Of a stretch of 13,753 nt of DNA, positions 1 to 7,751 are shown in pieces. The translations under genes and the position numbers were made by a program. Below the pieces are notes generated by a model. It ran no database searches. It was given only the letters and a program-made list of their open reading frames with translations, and had not been told where the DNA came from. Numbering within the stretch: the first letter of the stretch is position 1; the number at the start of each line of letters is the position of its first letter. Source of the DNA: a virus (taxonomy: Duplodnaviria > Heunggongvirae > Uroviricota > Caudoviricetes); IMG/VR virus record IMGVR_UViG_3300029181_000068, positions 1 to 13,753 of that record; one strand, written 5' to 3'.

Positions 1-1928
1 TTACTGACAATGCCGAGCTTCTCCAGCAACCAGGAAACGCCGGATTTCAGGGAGTCCAGCGGATGCATGACCATATTCAGCCCTTCCGCCAGTGCCTCCC
101 CGAATCGCCGCCCCATTGCCGCTGCGCTCTGCAGTTCGGCAGAGGTCGACTTAACGGGCGTCAGCAGATCAGTAAACCAGCCCCACAGCGCCTGCACTTT
201 GTCGCCAATCCACTGGAACACGGGCTTAAGCGGTTCGAACGCTGCACTGATGGGACCTGCCGCCGCTTTGAATCCTTCCACCACGCCACCGAGAAATGCG
301 GTGATGGGTTGCCAGTATTTCCAGACAACCAGCGCCACGCCCGCCAGAGCAGTAACCACAAGACCTATCGGACTGAGCAGAGCACCTAACAGACCAGATA
401 TGGCATACAGGGCAACGCGCAGCATCGCCAGTGGACCAGATGCCAGTACTCGCAGCACCGTGCCTGCGGCGGTCAGTCCACCGCGCAGTACCGCCAGAGG
501 ATTCATAAACATCACAGCAACAGCACGTAAACCGGATAATCCAGACCGCAAAAGTGCAACCGGCGCACCTGCTACAGTTTTCAGGACATTTCCCGTCAGT
601 GATGCCGTGCGGCGCAAAGACGACAACGGCGCAGTAAGTAAACCTGCGGCGTTGCCCGATGAAGCAAGCCCGCGTCGCAGCAGTGCCAGTGGTGCGCCAG
701 CCAGCCAGGACAACGCGCTGCTGGTTCGAGTTACTGCTGCCGTAACGGAAGATAACGTTTTGATACCCAACACAGAGAATCCCAGACGGATCACTGCCAG
801 CGGCCCCAGCACTGCAGCCAGCGCCACCGCTAAGGTGCCGAGGCCGACGGTAACCGCAGCCACAACAGCCGATGCTTTCATCAGTGTGCCTGTCAGTTCC
901 GGGTTAGCTTCCACCCAGCGACGCAACGCCCCCGTGACGCTTTTCACCGTGTACAGAATATCCATCAGCGGCTGGCGCAGCGTTTCGCCCAGGCTGCTGA
1001 AGGTGTTCTGCGCTCCGGTTTTGACCAGCAACCACTGCGCAGAAAGTGAATCCTTGTTAATGTCGGATTCTTTCTGCATGGAGCCAAGCGCATCATTGCC
1101 CGCTGTCAGTTTTAACTGACGCTGCAGTTCTGGCAGGTTGTTTGCCAGTTTCGCCGCGTCATCGCCAAACTCTTTACCAAACAACATAGTCATGGCAGAC
1201 AGGCGCTTGTCCTGCGGCAGCGCGTTTACCTTCTCCAGCACGCGCTGGATGGTTCCCATCGCATCCTTCGTCATCTGCTTTTCAATCACTTCAGGATTGA
1301 GTTTCAGCAGATTCATCCCTTCAAAGAAACTCTTGCTTTGCATGGTGGCAATGGACAATTCACGCACCATCGCGTTTGCTGCACTGGCTGCAACCTCTGG
1401 CGCAGCGCCCAGTGTCAGGAAGGTGGAACCCAGCGCCGCCGCTTTACGATAATCCAGACGGTCAGCCACACCGCCCAGACGTTGCATCACATCAATGATG
1501 TCTGCCCCTTTCGACATGGCGTTATCATCCAGATAGTTCAGCGCATCACCGAGCTGTTCAATATTGCGGGTGGGGATTTTGTAGAGCTGGGCGATTTTCC
1601 CCAGACTTTCTGACAGTTCATCCGCTGGCAGCTCAAAGGCTGTTGCCGCCTTTGCTGCCGTACTGGCGAAGGCCAGCAGGTCACGTTTCTGATCTTCCCA
1701 GCTGTCGTCAGGGTTTGCGACGTTCATGCGCGCACCACCTTCAACCAGTGCAGCGAAGTCCACCGCACCGTTTTCCATCGGCAACTGTTCGCTGGCAGCC
1801 TTGATGGCATCCTGCATTTCATAAAAACGTGCAGTGCGGTTGCCATTATCGTCACGCAGACCATTGACCTGCTTTGCCACACCTTTCATGGCATCTTCCA
1901 TGCTGGTATAGCTTTTTACTGCCGCCAT
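1..1928 (-). CDS. Phage tail tape measure protein-like (P2 gpT-type), partial: 3' end lies beyond the window start; 5' region probably missing and fused to truncated gene I
   Basis: Minus-strand frame is open from the stop at 2058-2060 down to position 3 and continues off the window, so it is absent from the ORF track. Hand-translated at both ends: ATG at 1928-1926 gives MAAVKSYTSMEDAMKGVAKQVNG; the left edge reads ...AAMGRRFGEALAEGLNMVMHPLDSLKSGVSWLLEKLGIVS. A quicker, unverified read of the middle suggests an Ala/Gly/Leu-rich product with long hydrophobic stretches, as in tape measure proteins. The + strand ORF 10..1119 is its Ser/Thr/Pro/Arg-rich antisense shadow. Family assignment is from memory, not a search. 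Confidence 0.55.
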   Translation of the reverse strand, partial: MAAVKSYTSMEDAMKGVAKQVNGLRDDNGNRTARFYEMQDAIKAASEQLPMENGAVDFAALVEGGARMNVANPDDSWEDQKRDLLAFASTAAKAATAFELPADELSESLGKIAQLYKIPTRNIEQLGDALNYLDDNAMSKGADIIDVMQRLGGVADRLDYRKAAALGSTFLTLGAAPEVAASAANAMVRELSIATMQSKSFFEGMNLLKLNPEVIEKQMTKDAMGTIQRVLEKVNALPQDKRLSAMTMLFGKEFGDDAAKLANNLPELQRQLKLTAGNDALGSMQKESDINKDSLSAQWLLVKTGAQNTFSSLGETLRQPLMDILYTVKSVTGALRRWVEANPELTGTLMKASAVVAAVTVGLGTLAVALAAVLGPLAVIRLGFSVLGIKTLSSVTAAVTRTSSALSWLAGAPLALLRRGLASSGNAAGLLTAPLSSLRRTASLTGNVLKTVAGAPVALLRSGLSGLRAVAVMFMNPLAVLRGGLTAAGTVLRVLASGPLAMLRVALYAISGLLGALLSPIGLVVTALAGVALVVWKYWQPITAFLGGVVEGFKAAAGPISAAFEPLKPVFQWIGDKVQALWGWFTDLLTPVKSTSAELQSAAAMGRRFGEALAEGLNMVMHPLDSLKSGVSWLLEKLGIVS

Positions 1929-2356
1929 CACTGGCGCACCCATTGCCAGCCCTGCAGCCGTGGTGGTGGCTCCGGCACCTGCAATACGATCACGCACCTC
2001 CAGCGAACGGGCATATCCAGGCGAAACGTGCCCGGTGTTTCTCCGGTCTGCCACCACTCAATAATGCGGATCAGGAATCCGAACGGCTCCACCACCCGCC
2101 GCACGGCACTGGTGGTCCCTTTATGCTGATGAATATAAAAAGCATCCTTCACCACCTGGCGCTTGACGCTTTCTGTCCAGCCCTCGTCCCAGCGATCCAC
2201 AGAGAACGCCCAGGCGAGATAAGGCAGGAAACTGACCGGACAGGTTGCCGGATTCCACAAATCACGAAGCGGCACCTGCAGATCAGAAATCCCGCTGCAG
2301 GTTTGCGCCAGTCGGCGCTCCAGTGGTGTTGAACCCGGTGGCAGCAGACTATTCAT
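1928..2356 (-). CDS. I: Phage tail protein I (P2 gpI-like), apparently C-terminally truncated or frame-disrupted after about residue 114
   Basis: ORF of 142 aa. N-terminal ~114 aa (MNSLLPPGSTPLERRLAQ...LWNPATCP...LAWAFSVDRWDE...GTFRLD) resembles P2 gpI as I recall it (~176 aa). The last 28 aa (MPVRWRCVIVLQVPEPPPRLQGWQWVRQ) are Trp/Pro/Arg-rich and look like out-of-frame translation. Stop TGA at 1928-1930 overlaps the ATG at 1928-1926 of the downstream tape-measure frame. Confidence 0.75.
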   Translation of the reverse strand: MNSLLPPGSTPLERRLAQTCSGISDLQVPLRDLWNPATCPVSFLPYLAWAFSVDRWDEGWTESVKRQVVKDAFYIHQHKGTTSAVRRVVEPFGFLIRIIEWWQTGETPGTFRLDMPVRWRCVIVLQVPEPPPRLQGWQWVRQ

Positions 2357-2945
2357 CCGTTCCTCCGTTGGTTACGCTCCACTGCGTACATGATGCCGCC
2401 TGTGTTTTGTTCAGGACCACATCCGCCAGAGGAGAAGCCAGCTCCACACGCTGCACCCCCTCAACATGCAGGGCGGCAAAGATGGCGCTACGGCGAATAT
2501 CCCGACCAAGACGCGTCTGACTGGCGATGTACTTCTGCAGGCTGGCTTTTGCCGCTGCCATTACCGGCTCTGCTTCCGGTCCAGGATAGAGAAAAATGGT
2601 GGCTTCCACGCGATACGGGATGATTTCTGCGCTGCGAACCGTAAGACGGTCAGCCACCGGGCGGACGTTCTCACTGTTCAGAGCTTTTTCCACCACGTCC
2701 AGCAGGTCTTTTTCTGCAGTTCCATCGCCTTCGCGGCTAAGGACAGTCAGCACCACCTCTGCAGGTGCCGGGCTGGTTGCACTGGCATCCGCCACCCGAC
2801 CGTCGGCGCTTCGGGCATGAAATTCATAAGCTGCAGTTGGCCCCGCAACAGAAAGCCCTTCAAAGGCTGCAGGTACACGCAGGCGCAACGCTTCATCGCT
2901 TTCCATCACAGCTGCAACGGGCGGCAGCCTCCAGTACAAACTCAC
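2349..2945 (-). pseudogene. J: Baseplate assembly protein J (P2 gpJ-like), C-terminal ~2/3 only; N-terminal third missing
   Basis: 198-aa ORF whose track start is a GTG. The sequence PPVAAVMESDEALRLR...FEGLSVAG...HARSADGRVAD...RPVADR...LYPGPE...RLGRDIRRSAIFAALHVEGVQRVELASPLADVVL...TDE matches the C-terminal part of P2 gpJ (~302 aa) from memory. No native N-terminus or RBS. Overlaps the 3' end of the V fragment in another frame. Confidence 0.8.
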
Positions 2946-3357
2946 TGGTTTTCATGATGATGTTGTCAGCAGCCTCAATGACCATTGATTTGATGCCCCT
3001 GACATACCAGCGCCCGGTGGCGGGTTCGTATTCAAACCAGCCACCGTCAGGATGTTCTGTCACGCAGGCATCCGCCGACGTCGACGGTGGTGCGAACTGA
3101 TTCGAATAGACAGCGGGCAGCGCAAAGGCGGTTTCCAGATTGCCGCCCAGACTCAGCAGCACCACCTGCTCACCTTCCGATGGTCGCCACCATGTACGGG
3201 CATTCCCGGCACGCAGCGTCAGCCAGCTGATCCAGTTGGTTTCAAGCTCGCCCGTTTTCACCCGGCAAAGCCAGTTTTCCCTGTCCACTTCGGTGACTAC
3301 CCCTGTGCGGATCAGGTTGGTGATAAGGCGCATGATTTCGGTTAATTGTGCGTTCAT
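2893..3357 (-). CDS. V: Baseplate assembly/spike protein V (P2 gpV-like), N-terminal fragment ending in a premature stop
   Basis: 154-aa ORF with ATG at 3357-3355. N-terminus MNAQLTEIMRLITNLIRTGVVTEVD...RVKTG...WISWLTLRAGNARTWWRPSEGEQVVLLSLGGNLETAFALPAVYS has the gpV OB-fold pattern. Shorter than P2 gpV (~211 aa); its reading frame stops at 2893 inside the region where the J frame opens. Confidence 0.75.
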   Translation of the reverse strand: MNAQLTEIMRLITNLIRTGVVTEVDRENWLCRVKTGELETNWISWLTLRAGNARTWWRPSEGEQVVLLSLGGNLETAFALPAVYSNQFAPPSTSADACVTEHPDGGWFEYEPATGRWYVRGIKSMVIEAADNIIMKTSEFVLEAAARCSCDGKR

Positions 3358-3372
3358 AGGGAAAGGTTGCCA

Positions 3373-3930
3373 TCAGGGGAAGAAAGCCGGATTGCTTTCA
3401 CTCAGGACAGCGCCAATCGCTTTATGCAGACGCGCCCGTGACTGGTCCGGCATATCCAGACCGTCTGTCAGCTCCAGCGTCTGCAGCAACAGATCGGCAT
3501 CAAAGCCGGTGGCGGCAAGCATTGCGCTCTGCGCCGCGTCTGCCATTTCCTCTGCCAGCACGGTCTGCACATTGCGATTACCCAGCGGCATCACCCAGCC
3601 ATGACGCAGGGCGTGACGCCCGATCTCCAGCGCCCCGGCATAATCTCCGGCATCAATGCGCCACAGCATCACGTACATCAGCACGTCATCCTGTTGAGCG
3701 CCTCCGGCAGCCAGGACACCCTCCGCCCAGGCGGCGTACTTCGGCAGCAGCTCCACCTTGATTTCCGCTTTTTTGACCGTGGACTGAACGCCCTTGAGAC
3801 GGCGGCGGTCTTCCGCCAGTTGCAGCAGCATCAGGTCATAGCCCGACGCGTGGCGAACGCTGCCGCCCTCGCGGGCGGCCTGTTCAGCCTGAACGCGCAG
3901 GCGATGCTGCCGTGCGGGACTCAGGCTCAT
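3373..3930 (-). CDS. M: Terminase small (endonuclease) subunit, P2 gpM-like; possibly 3'-truncated
   Basis: 185-aa ORF, ATG at 3930-3928, 3 nt after the N stop (TAA 3936-3934). Resembles P2 gpM (QDDVLMYVMLWRIDAGDYAGALEIGRHALRHG, LELTDGLDMPDQSRARLHK). Shorter than the ~247 aa I recall for P2 gpM. Stop at 3373-3375 is only 15 bp from the V start. Confidence 0.8.
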   Translation of the reverse strand: MSLSPARQHRLRVQAEQAAREGGSVRHASGYDLMLLQLAEDRRRLKGVQSTVKKAEIKVELLPKYAAWAEGVLAAGGAQQDDVLMYVMLWRIDAGDYAGALEIGRHALRHGWVMPLGNRNVQTVLAEEMADAAQSAMLAATGFDADLLLQTLELTDGLDMPDQSRARLHKAIGAVLSESNPAFFP

Positions 3931-3933
3931 GAA

Positions 3934-4992
3934 TTACGCTCCGGTTTCTGCTGCTGCGGCGCTGAAGTCGCCAATCTGGATGTTTTCCACCAGTGCGGCG
4001 CAGCGGTAGTCCTCAACCACATAGGCTTCGTTAACGGATTCAAAGTTTTCAATCCGGTCACGTTTCGGGTTGTCGATAACTGAGCGGCGACGGGTGTCTT
4101 CCTGCCAGTAGATGGACAGGTTATCCAGACGGGTGATCAGCAGTGCATTCGGCGGGAAGAACGGCGCACGCACGGCCTGCAGGCCACCCATGCGTTTCTG
4201 ACTGATGATCATATCGGCAGCCAGTTTTTCACTGTTTTCCTGCTCTTTGTTGACCAGCGGGAAATACTTGTCAGACAGCAGTTCACGACCGCAAATCACC
4301 ACCAGATCGTCATCGTCCTGGTAGACCACATCGATAAGCTCATTGACGGCATCCATCACCACGGCGTCCAGGTTGGCATATTCGCCACCTTTCCCGACTT
4401 TCACCGCACCCGGTGTGGTTTCACCGCCCGTGGTGGTGCTGCCCATGACGTGATCCGGTGCATCTTCACGGATTTTCTGCAGCCAGCCTTTGTTCACATC
4501 CTGCAGCAGCGGGTTTTCGCTACGGTTGGAGGTTTTCGCACGCTTCACGCCGTTAAAGCCGATCATGATGCGGTCCAGAGCCTGACGTTTCACGATGGCG
4601 TCACGGATGCGCACCTGGAAATCCTGAAACTTCGCCCACAGGTCCAGCTTCGCGTAGGTCAGCACCGTGTCAAAGTTGGTCTGCTCGCATTTATATTCCA
4701 CATCGACCATCAGCGTCGGATCGACAGGTTCACGCTCTTTCGCGGTGGTGTCAGTGGTTCCGGCAATGGTGCTGCCAACTCCCAGCCCCAGCAGCTGACC
4801 GGACTGCTCAGTCACTGGCGTGACGTTAATCAGCGTCAGGAAAGCGGCGGACTGCTGGATCTGGTCTTCCAGCGTCTGCTGCACAGACGGCTCCACGGTG
4901 AACTTGCTGGACAGTTCTTCAACTGCCACACCGTTCAGACGCGCCAGCTGCTGCAGGTAAGCGTTAAAAGCAAAGCGGGTATTCTTCTTCAT
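3934..4992 (-). CDS. N: Major capsid protein, P2 gpN family
   Basis: 352-aa ORF. Near-collinear resemblance to P2 gpN as recalled (FNAYL...LNG, KFTVEPSV, IGFNGVKRA, NPLLQDVNKGWLQK, KVGKGG.YA.LDAVVMDA, DKYFPLVNKEQENSEKLAADMIISQKRMG, ENFES...YVVEDY). GGAG upstream of ATG 4992-4990. Confidence 0.95.
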   Translation of the reverse strand: MKKNTRFAFNAYLQQLARLNGVAVEELSSKFTVEPSVQQTLEDQIQQSAAFLTLINVTPVTEQSGQLLGLGVGSTIAGTTDTTAKEREPVDPTLMVDVEYKCEQTNFDTVLTYAKLDLWAKFQDFQVRIRDAIVKRQALDRIMIGFNGVKRAKTSNRSENPLLQDVNKGWLQKIREDAPDHVMGSTTTGGETTPGAVKVGKGGEYANLDAVVMDAVNELIDVVYQDDDDLVVICGRELLSDKYFPLVNKEQENSEKLAADMIISQKRMGGLQAVRAPFFPPNALLITRLDNLSIYWQEDTRRRSVIDNPKRDRIENFESVNEAYVVEDYRCAALVENIQIGDFSAAAAETGA

Positions 4993-5008
4993 CGGGTTTT
5001 GTGCTCCA

Positions 5009-5842
5009 TCAGCAATTGGTCAGAGTGTCAGCGGGGGCGTTACCGCCTGTTGCACGCTGGCGGTAGTCCTGGCGACTGTCTTCATGACTCAGCTTGTCCA
5101 CCAGTTCGTTAAAGGCGGTTTGCTGTGCCTGCAGGGCAGTCTCCAGCTCAGACAGGCGTTCTTCCTGCTCAGACAGGGATTTTTCGGTGCGTGCGCTCAG
5201 GTTCTGCTGCTCAGTGGCGACCAGCTCCACGGCCTTATGCACATCAGAGAACCGGGCGTCATCGGACTGCTCTTTTTTGGTAAACAGCGCCGTGACGCGG
5301 GCAAACAGGGACGGTTTGTCGTCCTGGATTTCTTCCAGTTCGATCACCGTTTCCTCTGCAGCGGTAAAGAGATTGGCAGGATTCTGCTTGCGGTTTGCCA
5401 GCGGGTTATGGGCTGCACTGGCGCTGAATGTCAGCATTTCCGTACCCAGACTGGCAGGGTCATCAGTGGCAGCCAGGCCGACCAGATAGGCTTTGCCCGT
5501 ATCAGCGAACTTCGGGCTGACTTCCATAGAGGTGAATAATTTCTGGCCTTTTTTCACCAGTTCCACCAGGGACTCCGTTGGCTCAACGTCGGCATACAGC
5601 GCCATCTTGCCTGCCAGCGGACCTTCCGTGATTTCTTCAGCAAACAGCGCCGTCACCTTGCCGTAGCGGTTAAAGGTGCTGTCCGGCAGATAAGACTTGA
5701 TGTGCTCAAGGTTAATCAGCGCGGTATACACCGCCGGGTTGTAGCTGGCTGCCATCTGTTCCAGCCATTCACGCTGGATTTCGCGTCCGTCGGTGGTGGC
5801 ACCTTCCACCCCGATGCGAAAACGCTTTGCTTTCACTGTCAT
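5009..5842 (-). CDS. O: Capsid scaffolding protein, P2 gpO family
   Basis: 277-aa ORF. Resembles P2 gpO (FRIGVEGATTDGREI, INLEHIKSYLPD, TSMEVSPKFADTGKAYLVGLAATDDPASLGTEML, ASDDARFSDVHKAV, C-terminal ATGG...TNC). GGAG 8 nt upstream of ATG 5842-5840. First gene of the leftward head operon. Confidence 0.95.
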   Translation of the reverse strand: MTVKAKRFRIGVEGATTDGREIQREWLEQMAASYNPAVYTALINLEHIKSYLPDSTFNRYGKVTALFAEEITEGPLAGKMALYADVEPTESLVELVKKGQKLFTSMEVSPKFADTGKAYLVGLAATDDPASLGTEMLTFSASAAHNPLANRKQNPANLFTAAEETVIELEEIQDDKPSLFARVTALFTKKEQSDDARFSDVHKAVELVATEQQNLSARTEKSLSEQEERLSELETALQAQQTAFNELVDKLSHEDSRQDYRQRATGGNAPADTLTNC

Positions 5843-5920
5843 GAGCCGTGCTCCGTTAGAAAAAACTTACTGGAGCCTTATGGTTGCGGTGATGGGGGCA
5901 GTGAAACAATGCGCGGTATT

Positions 5921-5938
5921 TGTACCGACAACCACACA
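5921..5938. promoter_or_regulatory. TGT-N12-ACA dyad (Ogr/Delta-type late activator box) in the divergent O/P late promoter region (5843-5984)
   Basis: Exact TGTaccgacaaccacACA in the 142-bp gap between divergent O (minus) and P (plus). P2-family late promoters carry TGT-N12-ACA centred near -55. The spacing fits the leftward O promoter best (dyad centre ~5929; plausible -10 CATAAG on the minus strand near 5876-5881; O ATG at 5842). Confidence 0.45.
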
Positions 5939-5984
5939 AACCGCAGGCGGGGAAAGCCTTCATTCAAGGCTGTAGGTTTGTGCC

Positions 5985-7751
5985 ATGAACACCACACTGA
6001 CACCCGCAGATCTCGATCCCCGTCGGCAGGCCATGCTGCTGTACTTTCAGGGATACCGCGTAGCCCGCATTGCTGAAATGCTGGGCGAGAAAGTTGCAAC
6101 CGTTCACAGCTGGAAAAAACGCGACAAGTGGGGTGACTATGGGCCGCTGGATCAGATGCAGCTCACCACCGCCGCACGCTACTGCCAGCTCATTATGAAG
6201 GAGCACAAAGAAGGGAAAGATTTCAAAGAGATTGACCTGCTGGCGCGCCAGTCGGAGCGCCATGCGCGGATCGGCAAGTTTAACAATGGCGGCAACGAAG
6301 CCGACTTAAACCCTAACGTCGCCAACCGCAACAAAGGCCCGCGCCGTCAGCCGGAAAAGAACGTTTTCACCGATGAACAGATTGAGAAGCTGGAAGAAAT
6401 CTTTTATTCCTCCATGTTCAACTACCAGCGCCACTGGTGGGAAGCCGGAAAAACCAACCGCATCCGCAACCTGCTGAAGTCACGCCAGATCGGCGCGACC
6501 TTTTACTTTGCCCGTGAAGCCCTGATTGACGCCCTGCTTACCGGACGTAACCAGATTTTCCTTTCTGCCAGTAAGGCACAGGCGCACGTCTTTAAGCAGT
6601 ACATCATCGACTTTGCCAAAGAAGTTGAGGTGGAGCTGAAAGGCGATCCTATGGTGCTACCTAATGGCGCAGCATTGTACTTTCTCGGCACCAACGCCCG
6701 TACGGCGCAGAGCTACCACGGCAACCTGTACCTTGATGAATATTTCTGGATACCGAAATTCCAGGAACTGCGCAAAGTTGCCTCCGGGATGGCCATTCAC
6801 AAGAAATGGCGACAAACCTACTTTTCCACGCCGTCCAGCCTGACCCACAGTGCCTATCCGTTCTGGTCCGGTGCGCTGTTTAACCGGGGCCGCGCCAAAG
6901 CGGACAAGGTGGATATTGACCTGACCCACAGCAATCTTGCGCGCGGCCTGCTCTGCCCTGACGGACAGTACCGCCAGATAGTCACTGTGGAAGATGCGGT
7001 GCGCGGCGGCTGTAACCTGTTCGACCTCGACCAGTTGCGCATGGAGTACAGCCCGGACGAATACCAGAACCTGTTGATGTGCGAGTTTGTGGACGATCTC
7101 GCGTCCGTGTTTCCGCTCAGCGAGCTGCAGGCGTGCATGGTGGACAGTTGGGAAGTCTGGACCGACTTTCATGCACTGGCCCTGCGCCCGTTTGGCTGGC
7201 GCGAAGTCTGGATCGGATACGACCCGGCGAAAGGCACGCAAAACGGCGACAGCGCCGGATGCGTGGTGGTGGCACCGCCAGCCGTGCCGGGTGGTAAGTT
7301 CCGCATTCTTGAGCGTCACCAGTGGCGCGGGATGGACTTCCGCGCCCAGGCTGACGCCATCAAAAAACTGACCGAACAGTACAACGTGACCTATATCGGT
7401 ATCGACTCAACCGGCGTTGGTCACGGGGTTTACGAGAACGTGAAAGCGTTTTTTCCTGCCGTCCGGGAGTTTGTCTACAACCCCAACGTTAAAAACGCCC
7501 TGGTACTCAAGGCCTACGACATTATTAGCCACCGCCGCCTGGAGTTTGACGCAGGGCACACCGACATAGCGCAGTCCTTTATGGCAATCCGTCGCGCCAC
7601 CACTGCCAGCGGCAACCGCCCGACCTATGAAGCCAGCCGCAGCGAAGAAGCCAGCCACGCCGATCTGGCCTGGGCAACAATGCACGCACTGTTTAATGAA
7701 CCGCTGCAGGGCGAGTCCGCCAATACCAGCAATATTGTGGAGATTTTTTGA
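5985..7751 (+). CDS. P: Terminase large (ATPase) subunit, P2 gpP family
   Basis: 588-aa ORF; P2 gpP is ~590 aa. Resembles the P2 terminase ATPase subunit (MLLYFQGYRVARIAEMLGEK, KSRQIGATFYF Walker A-like, NLYLDEYFWIP, IGYDPA...GDSAG). Stop TGA at 7749-7751 overlaps the Q ATG. Confidence 0.95.
   Translation: MNTTLTPADLDPRRQAMLLYFQGYRVARIAEMLGEKVATVHSWKKRDKWGDYGPLDQMQLTTAARYCQLIMKEHKEGKDFKEIDLLARQSERHARIGKFNNGGNEADLNPNVANRNKGPRRQPEKNVFTDEQIEKLEEIFYSSMFNYQRHWWEAGKTNRIRNLLKSRQIGATFYFAREALIDALLTGRNQIFLSASKAQAHVFKQYIIDFAKEVEVELKGDPMVLPNGAALYFLGTNARTAQSYHGNLYLDEYFWIPKFQELRKVASGMAIHKKWRQTYFSTPSSLTHSAYPFWSGALFNRGRAKADKVDIDLTHSNLARGLLCPDGQYRQIVTVEDAVRGGCNLFDLDQLRMEYSPDEYQNLLMCEFVDDLASVFPLSELQACMVDSWEVWTDFHALALRPFGWREVWIGYDPAKGTQNGDSAGCVVVAPPAVPGGKFRILERHQWRGMDFRAQADAIKKLTEQYNVTYIGIDSTGVGHGVYENVKAFFPAVREFVYNPNVKNALVLKAYDIISHRRLEFDAGHTDIAQSFMAIRRATTASGNRPTYEASRSEEASHADLAWATMHALFNEPLQGESANTSNIVEIF

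Noticed and set aside
10-1119. 369-aa plus-strand ORF, the longest ORF in the left 2 kb
   Set aside because: Product is Ser/Thr/Pro/Ala/Arg-rich low-complexity sequence with no start context. It is the antisense shadow of the minus-strand tape-measure-like frame, which translates to a plausible protein. The same applies to 63..389, 161..361, 1138..1452, 1338..1613 and 1874..2332.
1-1928. Interpreting the long minus-strand gene as the P2 tail fibre (gpH), which follows I in an intact P2
   Set aside because: The translation has none of the fibre-like Thr/Ser/Asn repeats I associate with gpH. It is Ala/Gly/Leu-rich with hydrophobic stretches and a tape-measure-like region (ALNYLDDNAMSKGADIIDVMQRLGGVADRL...). 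A tape measure fused after a deletion fits better.
2245-3100. Several 74-163 aa plus-strand ORFs across the I/J/V region (2245..2520, 2390..2623, 2466..2957, 2596..2820, 2765..3100)
   Set aside because: All are antisense to the gpI/gpJ/gpV-like frames, which carry recognisable homology.
4450-5112. 220-aa plus-strand ORF overlapping N and O (also 5084..5539, 5094..5489, 3438..3761, 3601..4083, 3140..3604, 3052..3345)
   Set aside because: Antisense or alternate-frame shadows of the capsid, scaffold, M and V genes; no homology pattern or translation signals.
5702-6263. Small ORFs over the O/P divergent promoter region (5702..6076, 5793..5975, 5878..6099, 5964..6263)
   Set aside because: They overlap the 5' ends of O and P and the promoter region, are Cys/His/Arg-rich with no RBS, and the space is explained by the divergent late promoters.
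6657-7319. 220-aa minus-strand ORF inside the terminase ATPase gene (also 6503..6694, 6854..7138, 7079..7297, 7087..7371, 7407..7685, 7625..7810)
   Set aside because: Entirely nested within the well-supported P gene on the opposite strand or in other frames; Arg/Ala-rich shadow composition typical of GC-rich antisense.
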